Shown here: positions 37,640 to 51,437 of the stretch, piece by piece
How positions within the stretch are numbered: position 1 is the stretch's first letter
How the letters are laid out: the number at the start of each line of letters is the position of its first letter
Origin: Octopus sinensis
Lineage: Eukaryota
Length of the DNA: 64,000 bases
Reading direction: 5' to 3'
Assembly: GCF_006345805.1 (NCBI RefSeq)
Contig: NC_042997.1
Span: forward strand, 61,504,001 to 61,568,000
The notes under the pieces: model-generated
What the model was told of the DNA's origin: nothing
Database searches by the model: none
The model's input: only the letters and a program-made list of their open reading frames with translations
Program-made: the position numbers and the translations under genes

Positions 37640-38500
37640 CAGAAATCACTATTTGTATATATTTGCAAAACAGTCTTTGCCCTGCAGTATTCCAATGTGG
37701 GTCTCATTTGAGCTTTCGAGAGGGTTAATAGTTAAAGTGTGGATGAAATATATTGGCTGGCCCTGAAAAGGTAGACTATTCGCTTTGTGATGCCATTTTT
37801 GATATGAAGAGTATATGCATTCATGGCTTAGATCCTCACTGATGGTGATGCCTTACATTTGTTATGACATTAAAGGTTCTAGTCGCATGTTGCTCACATT
37901 AGATGTGTGGGAGATAAGACATTTCCTACATAAATGTAGAAATCGTATCTATGCTGTTGAAGGGACAAGATTGGCATGACTCCATTGGGACATGTTTACA
38001 AAACCTTTGTTCCTAGAATCAGTAATATTCTGTCATTTCATCATAGTTCAAGATGTCTAGGTTGCATATGGATGACATTTGGCTGCAAAAGGTTAGAGAA
38101 GAATGAAGAGTGATATCATTTGTGTAGGAATGGGTGTTTTTGGCAGTGATAACTCAAAGTTTGCTGATGTATTGGAGGAACACTGCAGAACACAAAATTG
38201 AAGCTTGAATCACAAAACCCAATAGAAAACCATTGAGCCAAGAGAAGAAAGTTGAATGGAGCCCATAGGCAAACATCTACCAGATTTGTGTACCACAATT
38301 GAATACCTTTTTGATACTGAATGTAACACAACACTGTTTTCATCAAATTTTGTGAGGACAAGGACCATCAGGTGATTGACATTGGAGAGTAAGTCACCAA
38401 TATGAAGGCTTTATGAAGGTCATACTTGTAGTCATTGAGGAAGACAGAGAAATTCTAAAGAAATGAGCTTATCCATCTATTTGAGATTATTTAATGACCC
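37640..38500 (-). mobile_element. Old CR1/Jockey-type LINE RT fragment
   Basis: Degenerate motifs across frames: WYTNL (for WH..LL), YTNDITLH (for YADD.TLH), WSHANLVPFNS (for WG..NLV.FNA). Many stops. Confidence 0.45.
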
Positions 38501-38727
38501 TACAATATATTTTTATCTTTAGAACCATTCCCTTTTGTTGTGATTATGTCTTTATCACATTTATTGCTAAGCAAAAGAAGCACATCTGTTTTTTTCTTCT
38601 CAGCTTTATAGTCTACTGATAGAGATGTGCTTAAGTATGCTCATTGGCATGGTTTTAGGTACGTTACTAACTAGCAACTAGTAACTACAAATTTGCAAAT
38701 ACACAATTTTTTCATTTGTTATTTCAG

Positions 38728-38837
38728 AATACTTGGCTTTCGCAGGACACCTTTGACAGTGGGCCGTTATTTAAACTTGCAGACTGAGGTTATTCCTGTG
38801 GCAAGTTCAAGATTGTTAGATACATTTTTTTACAAAG
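38728..38837 (+). CDS. FAM20B: FAM20B internal coding exon (110 nt, phase 2-1): (R)[36 protein letters not shown](D)
   Basis: atttcag|A acceptor and G|gttagt donor; AG+A gives Arg across the junction. Matches FAM20B [26 protein letters not shown]. Not present in the ORF track. Confidence 0.93.
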
Positions 38838-39284
38838 GTTAGTAAGACTGAATTTCTTTCACCACTTTTCATATTAAAATTTTCACAATAACATGTGTAA
38901 CATGTAGATGTATCTATGTAATGGAAAATAGTTTTTAAACTTCTGCTGCTGTTGTTGTCACTGTCATTGATGCATTGGTAACAACAGTATCAAAATTTTT
39001 TTTATCTTTTAATTCGGAGCTCATGACCTTTCATGGGACCTTCAAGATGAGCTGGGGTAAGGGAGGACTGTATTCTCAAACAAGAGACCTGACCTGAAAA
39101 CTTGTACTCTACTTTGGAACATAATGAAACTGAAGAATTTTAGCTGAGTGAATTTAGCTTATTTTTTTAAGCCTGGTACTTATTCTATCAGTTTCTTCTG
39201 CTGCACCACTCAGTTAATGGGATGTAATCACACTGATCCCAGTTGTCAAGCTGTGGTGGGGAAAAACACAGATACAAAGACGCA

Positions 39285-39324
<40 letters not shown>

Positions 39325-39337
39325 AATATATATATAT

Positions 39338-39369
<32 letters not shown>

Positions 39370-39531
39370 CATACATGTATGTAAATTAGAGAAGAACCAC
39401 CATGTAGCAATTCAACAATGATATACTTAAATCATACCATATAGAAAAAAATTAAAGATATGATAAAACATTTACCAAGAACTAAATAAAGTACGAAATA
39501 ATAAATAAATAAATAGTATGTAATTAGTAAA

Positions 39532-39611
39532 TAGACTACACTTGTTTTGTGGCTATATTTTCAAATTGATAACAATAAAATCAATTTAAATATAGTCACT
39601 CATCAGGTTTA
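39532..39611 (-). ncRNA. Type-I hammerhead ribozyme remnant (G12>A), long stem II
   Basis: Minus: UAAAC-CUGAUGA-GUGACUAUAUUU-AAAUUGAU(loop)AUCAAUUU-GA-AAAUAUAGCCAC-AAAA-C-AAGU-G-UA|GUCUA. Stem II is 11/12 bp plus 8/8 bp, stem I is 4/5 bp. Confidence 0.6.
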
Positions 39612-39837
39612 AGATAAAAATGATAAAATAATTAAATAAATGTACGTATATTATCTTATAAGAAAATATAAATATGTATAATACGTAATTTTACAATAAA
39701 AAAACAAACAAAATTCAACAATATATCTTAAAATAAAAACATAAAATATCTTATTGAATATATTCTGTTAACTAAATCATTAAACTTAATACGTCGGGCT
39801 TAGTGTTTATAATAAATTTATCGCATTATAATCGAAA

Positions 39838-40255
39838 GAATTCCAACTTTGTCTGATTTTCACATTTTATTTATAATCTTTTAATAAATGATACACTATA
39901 ATGAAATGATAGAATATTAAATGTCCATTCTGTCAACAAACTGTGACACCAATCACTAATCAACTTAAATAATTTAGTGAAGCCACACACTGATTGGTCA
40001 GAATACAGTTTGCAAAAATTAACATTCTAGAGCCTATAGGAATGTATTTAATGCACACAGTTCAGCCATCTCACAACAGTTGTAAATTGTAAATCATAAC
40101 TGTCACCACTACTACATGAACCTGAAGATTGCATAGTTTAATGCATAAAATTTCTAGTTCAGTCAGAATGGACATTTAATATTCTATCGTTTCATTATAT
40201 TACATCAATTATTAAAAGATTGTAAATAAAACATGAAAATCAAAGTTAGAATTCC
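39838..40255. repeat. Inverted repeat (arms about 39838-39930 and 40166-40255) with a decayed hammerhead at 40117-40161; probable Penelope-like terminal repeat
   Basis: The right arm GAATGGACATTTAATATTCTATCGTTTCATTATA...GAATTC is the reverse complement of the left arm. Inside on +: UGAAC-CUGAAGA-U-UGCAU(6)AUGCA-U-AAAA-UUUC-UA|GUUCA. Confidence 0.55.
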
Positions 40256-43200
40256 TTTGATTAATATATTATTCTATATGCACACAATGAGGTTCTTTCA
40301 GTTTCTGTCTACAAAATCCACTCGCAAGGCTTTGGTTGGCCTAAGGTTATAGTAGAAGACACTTGACCAATGTGCTACACAGTAGGAGTAGACTCAAAAC
40401 CATGTGGTTGAGAAGCAACTTCTTATCACACAACCATGCCTGTACCAATTCAAAATTTCTTCCTTTTTCCTTAATAGTTTGGTTGTAGGAAGAAGAACAA
40501 TACCTCTGACCATTTTCAGAGCTGCTGAGGCTGGTGAGAGGAAGTAAGTTATTGTCAGACCTACTTCAAATATTTGCAAAATTATGAACTTTTACTAAAT
40601 GCACATTAAGGTTAGGTAATGGTATTAAATAGTGTGACAAACTGTCTTCTACCTAAGAATAAGAAAGGTCCTTCAGACAGGCTTCCATACAGTTTCTATT
40701 TACCAGGTTTTACTAACAAGATGTTGGCTGACCTGAGGCTAAGGCAGAAGACCCTTGCCCAACATGTCATGAACTTAAAATCATATAGCTCTTAAGTACA
40801 CTTCATTATCAAAAGGCCACCCCTGCACCCTTGTTAAACAATTCTAACAATAAGAATATATGATTTTTTTTCGGTTTCTTTCAGTTTTTCCCGGTTTTTT
40901 TTTTGTTTTTTTTGGTTAGACAAATTATCCTTAATTGTAACTTATTAGCATTGTAAAAGGATGTTCAAAACTTGAAAACAAAATTAATAAATAAAATTTT
41001 ATTTTTCTCCAGCTAAACATTATTTCATTTTATTGGTCATTAACTTTTATTGGCTGAGATGACAAGACATTAGATGTTTCTGCTAATGTAATTTTAATTA
41101 TAGCTTTTAAATGGAACCATGAATTTTTAGACTTTAATGCCTCTCCTTTATATTTGAAATTAAAAATCTGTTGGCTATGAACAATGAAGTCTAAAAAAAA
41201 AGTTGACAAAACATTTCCTGTATTTTTTACTATTTTTATTATTGAATTTTGTATGTAAGCAGAGCAAAAATTTAGTTTTCACATTTCAATTTTAAGTGGT
41301 ATTCATGTGAATTTTTGTTTCCCCCAGTTTAGTGAGGGCATTCTCATATGAAAGCTGGTTAATAGAACTAGTTTAATGCCATTAATATATTTACCATTTA
41401 TGATGAAGTTGTTTTGTAAGAATCAGAACAAATATTTTTTTCTCAGACCACAAACTTTACAGCAACTTTTAGGATAGTGTCACATGAACACTGGATTAGC
41501 AGAACTATCAGAGTATTGGACAAAATGCCTTGTAATATTTTACTAGAATTGTTTGAGTTTACCTTTCATTAAATACCAATTGATGCAATTTATTATGTAT
41601 ATGTAATCATGCCTAATTTTAATGTGAAAGCAGTTAAGAATTAAAATCCATTTTACTGAGAGCATGTGAACAGCTACTACTCTATTGGTGATTTTTAAAA
41701 GGTTATCAGATAAATTTGCTCATTTGTTTTCTACTTGGCACTCCATCATCATGTGTGAAAAGAGGTCAAATTTATTCTAATTCCAAGAACGATAAACAAA
41801 ACTTAGAGGAAGAATAGAGCTAATAAGAAATTATGATAAAAATATTTTTCATGCTAATTGAAAATAACAATGATTAAAATAATGTCAAAAAAAGAAAAAA
41901 AACAAATGAAGTTATCTAACAACCCAATATTCAAAAAGATTGTTTTGTTATATCTGTACATCTTTTCTGAATTAAGTGTTGACTGGTGCCTTTGAAAAAA
42001 ATTAATAACATAAGTCAATGAAGGAACCTTTGTGTTTGCCTACTGTATAAGGCAGTCAAATTTCCTCTAAATCATACATACTACTTTCATTAAAAAGGAA
42101 AAGGAGGACAAAATGGATCATAATTTGTGGGTAAATTGGGTTTAAGTCAGGAAGATTTACACATCATCTTTATTCTCCCATTTAGGCCTACCTTAAGTAA
42201 GAGTCAAGATGAAAACCAGACAACTCGAAACTGGCCTAATCGCCATTGAATACACTAGAAGCAGTCTTCCCATGGTAAGGTATCATGTGCTCTTAGTGAG
42301 GATTTGATCTCCTCACCTGGGTTAGTCCACTTGTCATGCTCCTGTTTCTTGAAGCCACATAAGTCAGAGTGGGGTACCAAGAAGATAGCAATGAGAGAGG
42401 ACTTGTTTTCCTGTATCATGACAAACGCATCCACCAAACATGCCATTATTCCTTGAACATTCTATCTACCTCTTACACATTAGTCCATGATATACAAAAA
42501 GATGAGATGACTGAAATAAACTTTAATCATAGGTTTGTTCAATCAATACTAACCTGTACTAAGCAACAACAATAATCAACATCCATCTCTCCATATTCAC
42601 TGTTATTGATGTTGTTCTTGAACTAAGAGTGTAAACATAGACTTGGTTGAGTGATTAAGAAGTTCACTTTGCAATCATGAATTTTCAGGTTTGATCCTAC
42701 TGCATGGCATCTTACATAAATGTCTTACCATAAACTGATCGGAGTTTTGTGAGTGAAATATTGTGTTACACTGATTTGGCTTAGGAGCTCTGTTAAGGGT
42801 GTATGTGCCTTGGGAATACTACAAGTTAATTTAATGAGTCAGATGTCCAATTGACCAAGCAACCAAATTTTTGTTATCCAGACTAAATGAGGATCTGTCA
42901 GATTAAAGATAATGGAAAGACAGAAACACTAAAATACTACACTAAATATATTTCTGTGTTTATCTAAGTCAGCATACAGTGTTAGTCTGAAGCATATATT
43001 TGGTGATAAAGTAATTACTAATTTTTTACTGGCATCAATTTAATCATTCATACCCCACCCTAGTGTACCGCCACACTCCCTGAAACTTTGCAGCTATAAA
43101 GCAATGGAAGAAATTATTATTATTATTGGAGTGAGTTCAATTCTATCATGATCAATTAAAGTACTAGTCTTTTAATGGGCTTGATTGAATTGATTGTACC

Positions 43201-45249
43201 CTCTCCCAAAATATGTGACCTTTCTTGTTAGAAATCGTTATTAGATAAATGAGAGCTGGTGGTAAGAGAGGGTGGTGGAGAGTGATTACTTGTAGTATTA
43301 AGTTCTATCCCACAATACTTTCTGAGTTCAAATTTCACTGGGTTTCATTTTTACTTTTCATTCCACAGAGATTGATAAAGTAAGTACTGTGTTGATGTAT
43401 ATTCAATACAATTGATTACTTACATTACCTTCATTACAAATTTCTGGCTTTGGCCCAATGTCAGAAAAACAAAATCATTATCGTTAGTAAAGTAACTTTT
43501 ACCAGATATCAGGGAGGTAGGGATTATTGTAATTTTTGATATCTTCCATGTACAATTGAATAAAATCAAAAGAGAAATCAATGCATTAGTATTGTGCCAT
43601 TGCAGCATATTGCAGGGAAAACCCTCAAAAGGAAACTTTTATTTTACATCAATAAGAGTGGTATTGTCTGTTTACAACCTTCATATTTAATTATTAAATG
43701 GTTAAGTTTCTTAAACAGAATATAGAATCAGTATATAGTTGTATGTGATTTATCAAAGGTTTTATAAAATTTTACATATTTTGAGGACCAGTAACTTTTA
43801 TGGGTTTTTTTAAAATCATTTTCTACTGACTCAGTTTTTCAGTTTATTTTATAGCTAAGGTCATATTAGAGTATTGTCTGTCTGTCTTCTTGAGTTTTTA
43901 ATGTGTAGTTATTTCAGGTTTAGAATTTAGGAGTAAAATTTTTCATTGACTGAAGTTGTAGGGAAGCTTCTGTGTGTGTGTATGTGTGTGTGTGTGTGTG
44001 TGTGTGTATTTGCTTCAATATGTCTATCTATTGTTGACACTGTTTGAATGATATATCCCACAGTTCAGTGGTTTAATGGGTTTTAACAAGTGAAGACCAA
44101 TCAAATAAAATAAATAACTCACTTAAAAAAGTCATAAAAGCTGGTAACAAAGGTAATTCTGCTTTGAACTCTGTCTTAGTAAGTCCTGTTCAGGCTATGC
44201 CAACATAGGTAAAAGATAATAAAAATAACAATGACAGCTATTTACAGCTTTGAATTAATACCTTTCAATGTAAAGTGATATATTCTTTTCACCAATCAAA
44301 GATACTGATTTTCTCTTTTGTGACTCAGATTGATTCTTATAATACATATCTAAAATTGACTGTTTATTTTTCTGAAAGTTATATTTATTCAGTCAACTAC
44401 TTGATACTTGAAAGCAAAGTAACCCTGCTCAGTTTCTATTATCAGTTTTAGCACTTTCACTTTTATGGATGCTGGCTTCTTTATTTTATCATTATGCCAC
44501 CAACTGTTGTATTAATAGCCAACTTGAACTATCTATTTCTGTTATTCAAACTCTCCGTTACTAAACTTGGAATGTTACTAAACACATGCTATACATGGCT
44601 ATTTGATTTAATATATCACTATTGTTAAAGCTGTCATATTCAGCGCTTTAGAAATTGCAATGCTAAGATTATTGCAAATAACTTACTTTGATTCTCCTTT
44701 CATTTTCTAACAAAGACTTATCTTCTGTATAGATTAATGAATACTTTAATTCCTAATAATATGCTAAATATTCCATTCCTATATAGCAAAAGGGTTTTGT
44801 TAGCAGCTTGTGGGGATAAATTGATGCTATGATTGATTGATTGATTCTAGTTTCAGCTCATGAGCTGTGGCCATGCTGGGGCACCGCCATTTATGATTAT
44901 TATATTTTAACAAGTTATTTACAAATTTTCTAAATATATTGGCAATCTATTCTATCCATACTAAATAAACTGGAAGCAAATTCTAATAAGCATTGACTTT
45001 CTTGTAAATATTGTAGATTTTCCATATGATCTTTGTCATATTTACATGAGACCCTTTACATTCAGAAATCCTAATCACCTGGCAAGTTAGAAGTAGCTAT
45101 GAAAATAATGATTGCCTGAAACATATGTAATAATTTGCAAATATATTAATATTATGCACCAATATTAACATATCAAAGACTTATTTACAGCATGCAGTAT
45201 TCACAATATATAATATTCATTTCATTGGTTTCAGACCTTACTATAACTC

Positions 45250-48200
45250 TATCATTTTCACATCCCCCTATAAAGTAAAGGCTGGCTAGGCTTAGTACTC
45301 CTATGGATTCTGTTACTGTAGGTTTGATTCTCTTATTTCATTTGTTATTTCACCTCACTCGTATGAGTGCTTCTCATGCCTGGAGGTGTGTACCACTACT
45401 AAAATGGTCATTGTCACCACTTTTGCCATCATCTTTGTTTGTATCAAGTAGCTTGAGCTTAGACCTGATTTGGTCTCCATAAGCCAAAGTTCTAATGATT
45501 GATAACTGTATTGGTTCCAGCCAGCATCATAGAATTTTCCATTTCTTATATTAAATCATTATTTTTTTTATAACACATCTGCTGATTTGAGGAATAGGAT
45601 ATGCTTAAGGAAACATTGTTCTGACATGTTACCAGAGCAGGAAAGCAGGAGAATCATAAAATAACTAAACAATAGTTAAGGTAAAACAATTCAAACTTTT
45701 CTCTTTGGTGAGTAAATGCCTTTAAGTTCGTTTTAAATGCTAAACCATTCACTCTGTGAACCCATTTGATTGGAGATGATGTCTGTGTTTGCAAGGAATG
45801 TAGTCAATTTTCTGTAGTCAAGGACAGAGACTATCAAGGGAATATTGACCAAGAAAGAGAATGTAGCCTGTTTTGTAGTTGAACTCTTCTAATCAGATAT
45901 ACAAATTATCTTTAGCCATCCTGTAAAGGAATCTACTAGTACAAAAATCATTTCAATACTGTTAATATGGGTATGATATATCTGTATAAAAAATCATTAG
46001 TCCATGAATGAAGCCTATTTTCAAAAAATCTTTGTCTTTTCATATTTGGGACATTTATACATGTAGTTCCCCAACATTGTATGAATAGCCTAATCAGCAT
46101 GTTTCAAACATAGAGGGATTGCATGTAGTAATTCCATAGTGCCACAGTGGATATCATTGTGAACACTTTTAATAATTTTTGCTTCATAAATACTTATGGG
46201 GTAACAGTAAAGTCACTTTTGCAAAGGATACCATTTCTAGAGTTAATGTATGTTGAACAGGCTTATAGGATTTTCCAAACATTTTTTTTTTCTTTTGGAA
46301 ATGATTTTATCCAGTGGCCAATGATGCAGCATTACTGAAGCTAGTTGACCAAGATGTACTTGTCAGTTCCTACCTAATGTATCTTCATCATCATCATCCA
46401 AACTGATGTTTTTCTGTTGCAATCTAAAATATAACTATAAAAATGCAATGACTGAAGCATTTCCTTCAACATATGCAGTATCAAAATCAAATGCCATGAG
46501 CTGAATGGCTCACTTTAGTATCCTTGAAGATGTAATTGCAAGACGTTCAGGACATGGGTTTAAAGATGAATTCAAAAGGTTTATGACTGAGTTTAAGTAG
46601 AAATTTTTGACTTCATAAAAATGATAGGCATGATTTGTTATCCACCCATTTTTTTCAATGTTCAAATAAGGTGGTTATTCAGCAATATAGTTAATAATAA
46701 AGAATGCTCACTAACATCAGTAGTCAATGTGTTGTCCTTGATGGCATCAAATAACCACACAACTGGATACTCTATTAGTGCACTTTCTTAATTCTTGAAT
46801 ACCTTTTTCTGAACATTGAATTTGACACTTTTCTTGTACAATTTCACAAAGGAGGTGACTGTTTTAGAATATTTTTACAAATATCGACCATAAACTTTCA
46901 CCATTCTTAAAAATGATTCTAATTTAGGTGGCAAAAGCAATCAAGAATATGAAGACAAGGAAAGCCCTGGCCCACTGAGATGCTAAAAGTACCTGGTGGA
47001 ATAAGATATAGTCTAGTCACCCATATAGATAATCAGGTTGTCCATGAAGAAGTCACACCCAACGATTGGTGTAGCAGCATTATAGTCAACTGTTATAAAG
47101 GCAAAGGTGACATCTTAGACAGGAATAATTGCAGAGGTATCAAATTGCTGGACCAGGTGATGAAAGTCTCTTGTTCATCATTGTCTTCCAGGCAATAACA
47201 AAGGAATTTAAGATGGGCTACCTCTGGGAGCTCCTCTATGCTGATGACCTTCTTCTTATAGCTGAATCATTACCAGAACTAGAGAAGAAATTTCAGACAT
47301 AGAAGCAAAGTCTAGAATCAAAGGACTTTAGAGTTAATCTATAAAAAATCAAAGTCTTAGTAAGTAGGGGAGCAGACAAATCATAAATCCCTTTCGGTAG
47401 ATAGCCCTGCTCGATCTGTAAAAAAGGCATAGGTAGAAATTCCATAAGATGTACCTGGTGTAAACTATGGACACATAAGAGGTGCTGGAATATCAGAGGA
47501 AAGTTGACAGGAAAAACAGTTTCTGTGTGTGGGAAGATGCACAGGTTCAATTAACCCTACAAATGTACAGAAAATAGACTCCATCAAATTTTCTGTTAAC
47601 TAGGTGACCAAATCAGTAGTGGGGGTGGTGGATGTTCCAAGAGTGTAGCTGCTAGAATAAGAATAGGCTGGGGAAAGTTCAGAGAGCTCCTACCTCTTTG
47701 TTATCTGTTGATAACAAAGGCTCTCACAGTGGAAGGTAGATTGTATGATGCCTGTGTGCAATCAGTCATACTACATGGCAGCAAAACATGGGCTGTGACT
47801 GCTGAGAACAACATGCGTAGGCTTGAAAGAAATGAAACTAGTGTGTTTTGCTGGATGTGTAATGTCAGTGTGCATGCTCAACAGAGTATAAGCATCTTAA
47901 GAGTAAAGTTGGGCATAAGAGGCATCAGATGTGGCATGCAAGAAAAATGACTGCACTGATATGGTCATGTGATGCATATGAATGAGGACAGCTGTATGAA
48001 GAAGTGCAAAACTCTAATGGTGGAGGGAACCTGTGGAAGAAGTAGACCCAAGAAGACATTGGACAGGGTGGTAAAGCATGATCTTTTAACATTGGGTCTC
48101 GTGGAGGCAATGATAAGTGATCGAGATAATTGCCATGCTTTGGAAAACCCATCAAGCCAAGTGAAATCGTAGTCATGACTGATGCTAGTGTTGTGTAACT

Positions 48201-49210
48201 GGTACCCATGCTGGTGGCACGTAAAAAGCACCATTCGAACATTGAGTCTCATGGAGGCTGTGACAGGTGACTGAGACCTTTGGCGATATACTGTGCTTGA
48301 GAAGACCTGTCAAGCCAAGTGAGATTATAGTCATGGTCAAGTAACTGGCACCCGTGCCAGTGACACATAAAAGCACCCACTACACTCTTGGAGTGGTTGG
48401 TGTTAGGGAGAGCATCCAGGTGTAGAAACCATGCCAAATTAGATTGGAACCTGGTGTGGCTTCCCAGCTTACCAGTTTTCAGTCAAACTGTCCAACCCAT
48501 GCCAGCATGGAAAGCAGACATTAAATGATGATGATGATGTGCAAAATGTTAGTCTTGAGAAACACCTTCCTTCAAAACAAAAATGTCCCCAAATAATATC
48601 TAGTTACTGTTGAAGATACAGTTGTCTGAATTTATAGTCATACCTGCATCTTTCAGTTGATCCAGTATAATTAACTTTGGTCTTCAGTTTCAATTTCTCC
48701 TTGGTAGTTGCCTTCAGCATTTTTCATTCTGATAATTATTTTGTTTCTTTATATCATCACCCAAGGTCTTTTCTATTACATGTTGAAAAATGGCTGTTGC
48801 TGTTTTTATCCCATAATACATTCTTGTCAACTACTACAAACCAATTGGGTATTGGTATTTCTGTAAAGATCATCACCTATTGGAATTTGATAGTAAGCAC
48901 CTTACTAATCAAATTTTGCAAATTTGAAATTTTCATTATTTATATATTGCAATTAAAGGCTACTGAAAAATCACCACAGAAATATAAATTTCCATTTGGT
49001 ATTTGTACAACTACAATAGGGGATATCTACTAGTTACTACTTGGTAGAATATGCTTTAGTAAGCCTTGTTCAATCATTTTCCATAATTCAGTAACTACTA
49101 ATGGAGAAATATCTTTGCTTCAAATTTAGTGCAGGCCTTATAATTCTTTAGCAGAGTGGTGTCTGCAAGGGACAATGGATTTGATTACTATTGTATTTTT
49201 AATATTTAAT
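45250..49210 (-). mobile_element. Decayed Ty3/Gypsy pol (RT-RNaseH-integrase), interrupted by an RTE LINE at 46925-48540
   Basis: Minus translations: KMIEQGLL..SPIVVVQIPNGNLYFCGDF; RMYYGIKTATAIFQHVIEK; LKDAGMTINSDNC..KEGVSQD | LINE | LESFLRMVKVYGRY; PVVWLFDAIKDNTLTTDVSEHS; TSSRILK*AIQLMAFDFD; VHNDIHCG..YKCPK; LVDSFTGW. Domain order is the Gypsy one. No LTRs recognised. Confidence 0.75.
46925..48540 (+). mobile_element. RTE-clade LINE, 5'-truncated and internally deleted, with modular 3' UTR and (ATG)n tail
   Basis: IIVNCYKGKGDILDRNNCRGIKLLDQVMK; LWELLYADDL (YADD codons 47237-47248); LWTHKRC; GRLYDACVQSVILHGSKTW; GRSRPKKT; 3' UTR ends TTAAATGATGATGATG. Confidence 0.85.
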
Positions 49211-50021
49211 ACATCAGTTCCAATGTGACTGTGACTTTTATCGCAGACTGTCACCATTATTGCCATAATTTCTCACTGAGTACCTCTCTGTCTCTAGAGT
49301 GCTTTAAAACAAGAAAACAAAATCAAAAACAATATCTTAATTGTTGGTCTGTCAGACTGATGAAGTTGCAGACAGATGGCTTTTGTGAAGTTTGTATTGA
49401 CCAATAAATATCTAAAATTTTTACTTCAATGTGTTTTTTTTTTCTGTTATCCTATTGTGTAAATACATTTGTTGCAATATTACAGCTTTTTTCATCTAAC
49501 ATGTTTGTTATTTTACGTTATGGCCGCAGCCTTCGGGCTGAAACATTTTAAAGGATTTAAGATCAAAAATGGTTCTTTTTTGTATCATAGTTTGCTTTTC
49601 GTTCTCAATCAACATTTCCCTTTAATGCAAATTTATAACCAGATACTTAACATAAAGAAAATTTCTTCATTGTGGCTAAGTGATAAGCATCAGCAACTCA
49701 CGGCTCTACTTCACATGAAATCTCAACTCTTAAAATTCAGTGTAATCTCTAATTGTAACAAGTTTACGCATGATTCAAATTACTTACTTCCCATGTGTAG
49801 CAGTTTCAGTACTCTTAGTGTGAGGACATAGAGAGTATAGGTCTTCATTGAATTTCTTTTGTATTAATTCCTCTTCAGTACTTTAGTCTCCATGTTTATG
49901 AAACTCACAATATTTATGACCAATCACAAACAGAGAAATATTTATAAAGGGCTTCGAAGAATCCTGATGTTGAAGCACAAATCTAGTTAATTTCACACTG
50001 GTCAGTGTCTTTGTATGCTCC

Positions 50022-50512
50022 CTCCTCAAAGACATACAGCATCTCGAAAGAGTCCAGAAGCTGGCTACCCGCATGGTTCATGGTCTCAAAAATTTGTCCT
50101 ACGAAGAAAGGCTGAGGACGCTCGACCTTTATTCTCTTGAAAAACGCCGCCGCCGTGGTGATCTCATTCTCGCCCACAACATCATAAGTGGAAAGTGTAA
50201 CCTCTCGAAAGAGCTGTTCTTCACTCCTGCTCCAGAGCGTCGGCTGCGGGGTCATTCCGAAAAGCTCTACCTGCGACGATTTCATTTCAATCGAAGGAGA
50301 GGAGCTTTCTCCGTCCGGGTTGCGGATCTGTGGAACAAGCTACCAGACGAGATGGTGAAGATGCCGACGACTGCTTTGTTCAAAGCCTCCCTGGACCTCA
50401 AGTGGCCTGAACTCTTTACATGAACACCACCCTGTACTTAACTCCATGTCCCCCTACATGGCCTTGCTATTTGCTTTTGAGCCAAATTAACTAACTAACT
50501 AACTAACTAACA
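50022..50512 (+). mobile_element. Second 5'-truncated copy of the same CR1 LINE, (TAAC)6 tail
   Basis: Colinear with 20930-21420 over 491 nt with about 10 substitutions by eye; ORF ends ...KASLDLKWPELFT*. Confidence 0.9.
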
Positions 50513-50695
50513 TTATTCGTTATTATCATTCATACTTTGTTGAAACACTTGCCCTGCAGTTGTTTTGGACAAATCATTAGCAACACTTTCAGTATAACTT
50601 CATTATAAGTTTTTCATCAAAATAAATCTATCTCCTTTGCACCACTATATTCATAAATAGTTGTCTGTTTGTCTGCCCCTCTCTGTCTGTCTGTC

Positions 50696-50726
<31 letters not shown>

Positions 50727-51437
50727 ACCTACCTACCTACCCATCATGATACAGGATTTATCCAAACATTATTGAGATCACCCTATTGGTTTATCTTGGT
50801 GCTTCTTATATTTTACTACTCAGCTGTAACATAACAAACTGACATTTGCAACAGGACTGTATATCTCTTGCTTTTGTTGCTTACACCAGTAATTTTCCAA
50901 CATTTTTTTGAGCCATCACTGTTTTCAACTCTCATTGAATTATTTACCTAAGTTAATAATAACAATTGTATTTTAAAGGTTATATGTCAGGGATATGTCT
51001 AGGAAATCTTAAGCACCACTTATCATAGCTTGTATGTGACACTCTAGCATATCTTGATTCCATGTTTAAATAATTATTATTCTGTTGCCGTTTCATTTTC
51101 AAATATTAACATTTCAGTACTTTTTCTACCAATAATATCTGTAATAAAGCACAATGGAACTTGCTGGATGATATGGCAAGAAATGTAATATGTTATACAT
51201 CTAAGACCATAACACAGTGACTGCATTAATAAGGTTTGAACACATGAACATTCATTCAGTTGTCCAGTACCTTAGCATCATAGCCATTGTACTTAATAAC
51301 TATTGAATATTACTCAAACACTAAGTTTAAAATATAAAAATATGAGCATGATAAATGGATCAGGGTATAACTGAACAGTTTATGATACAGTAGTACTTAC
51401 CAGAAAAGAGAGAGAGGCTGCTCTTTTCTTTTTATTT

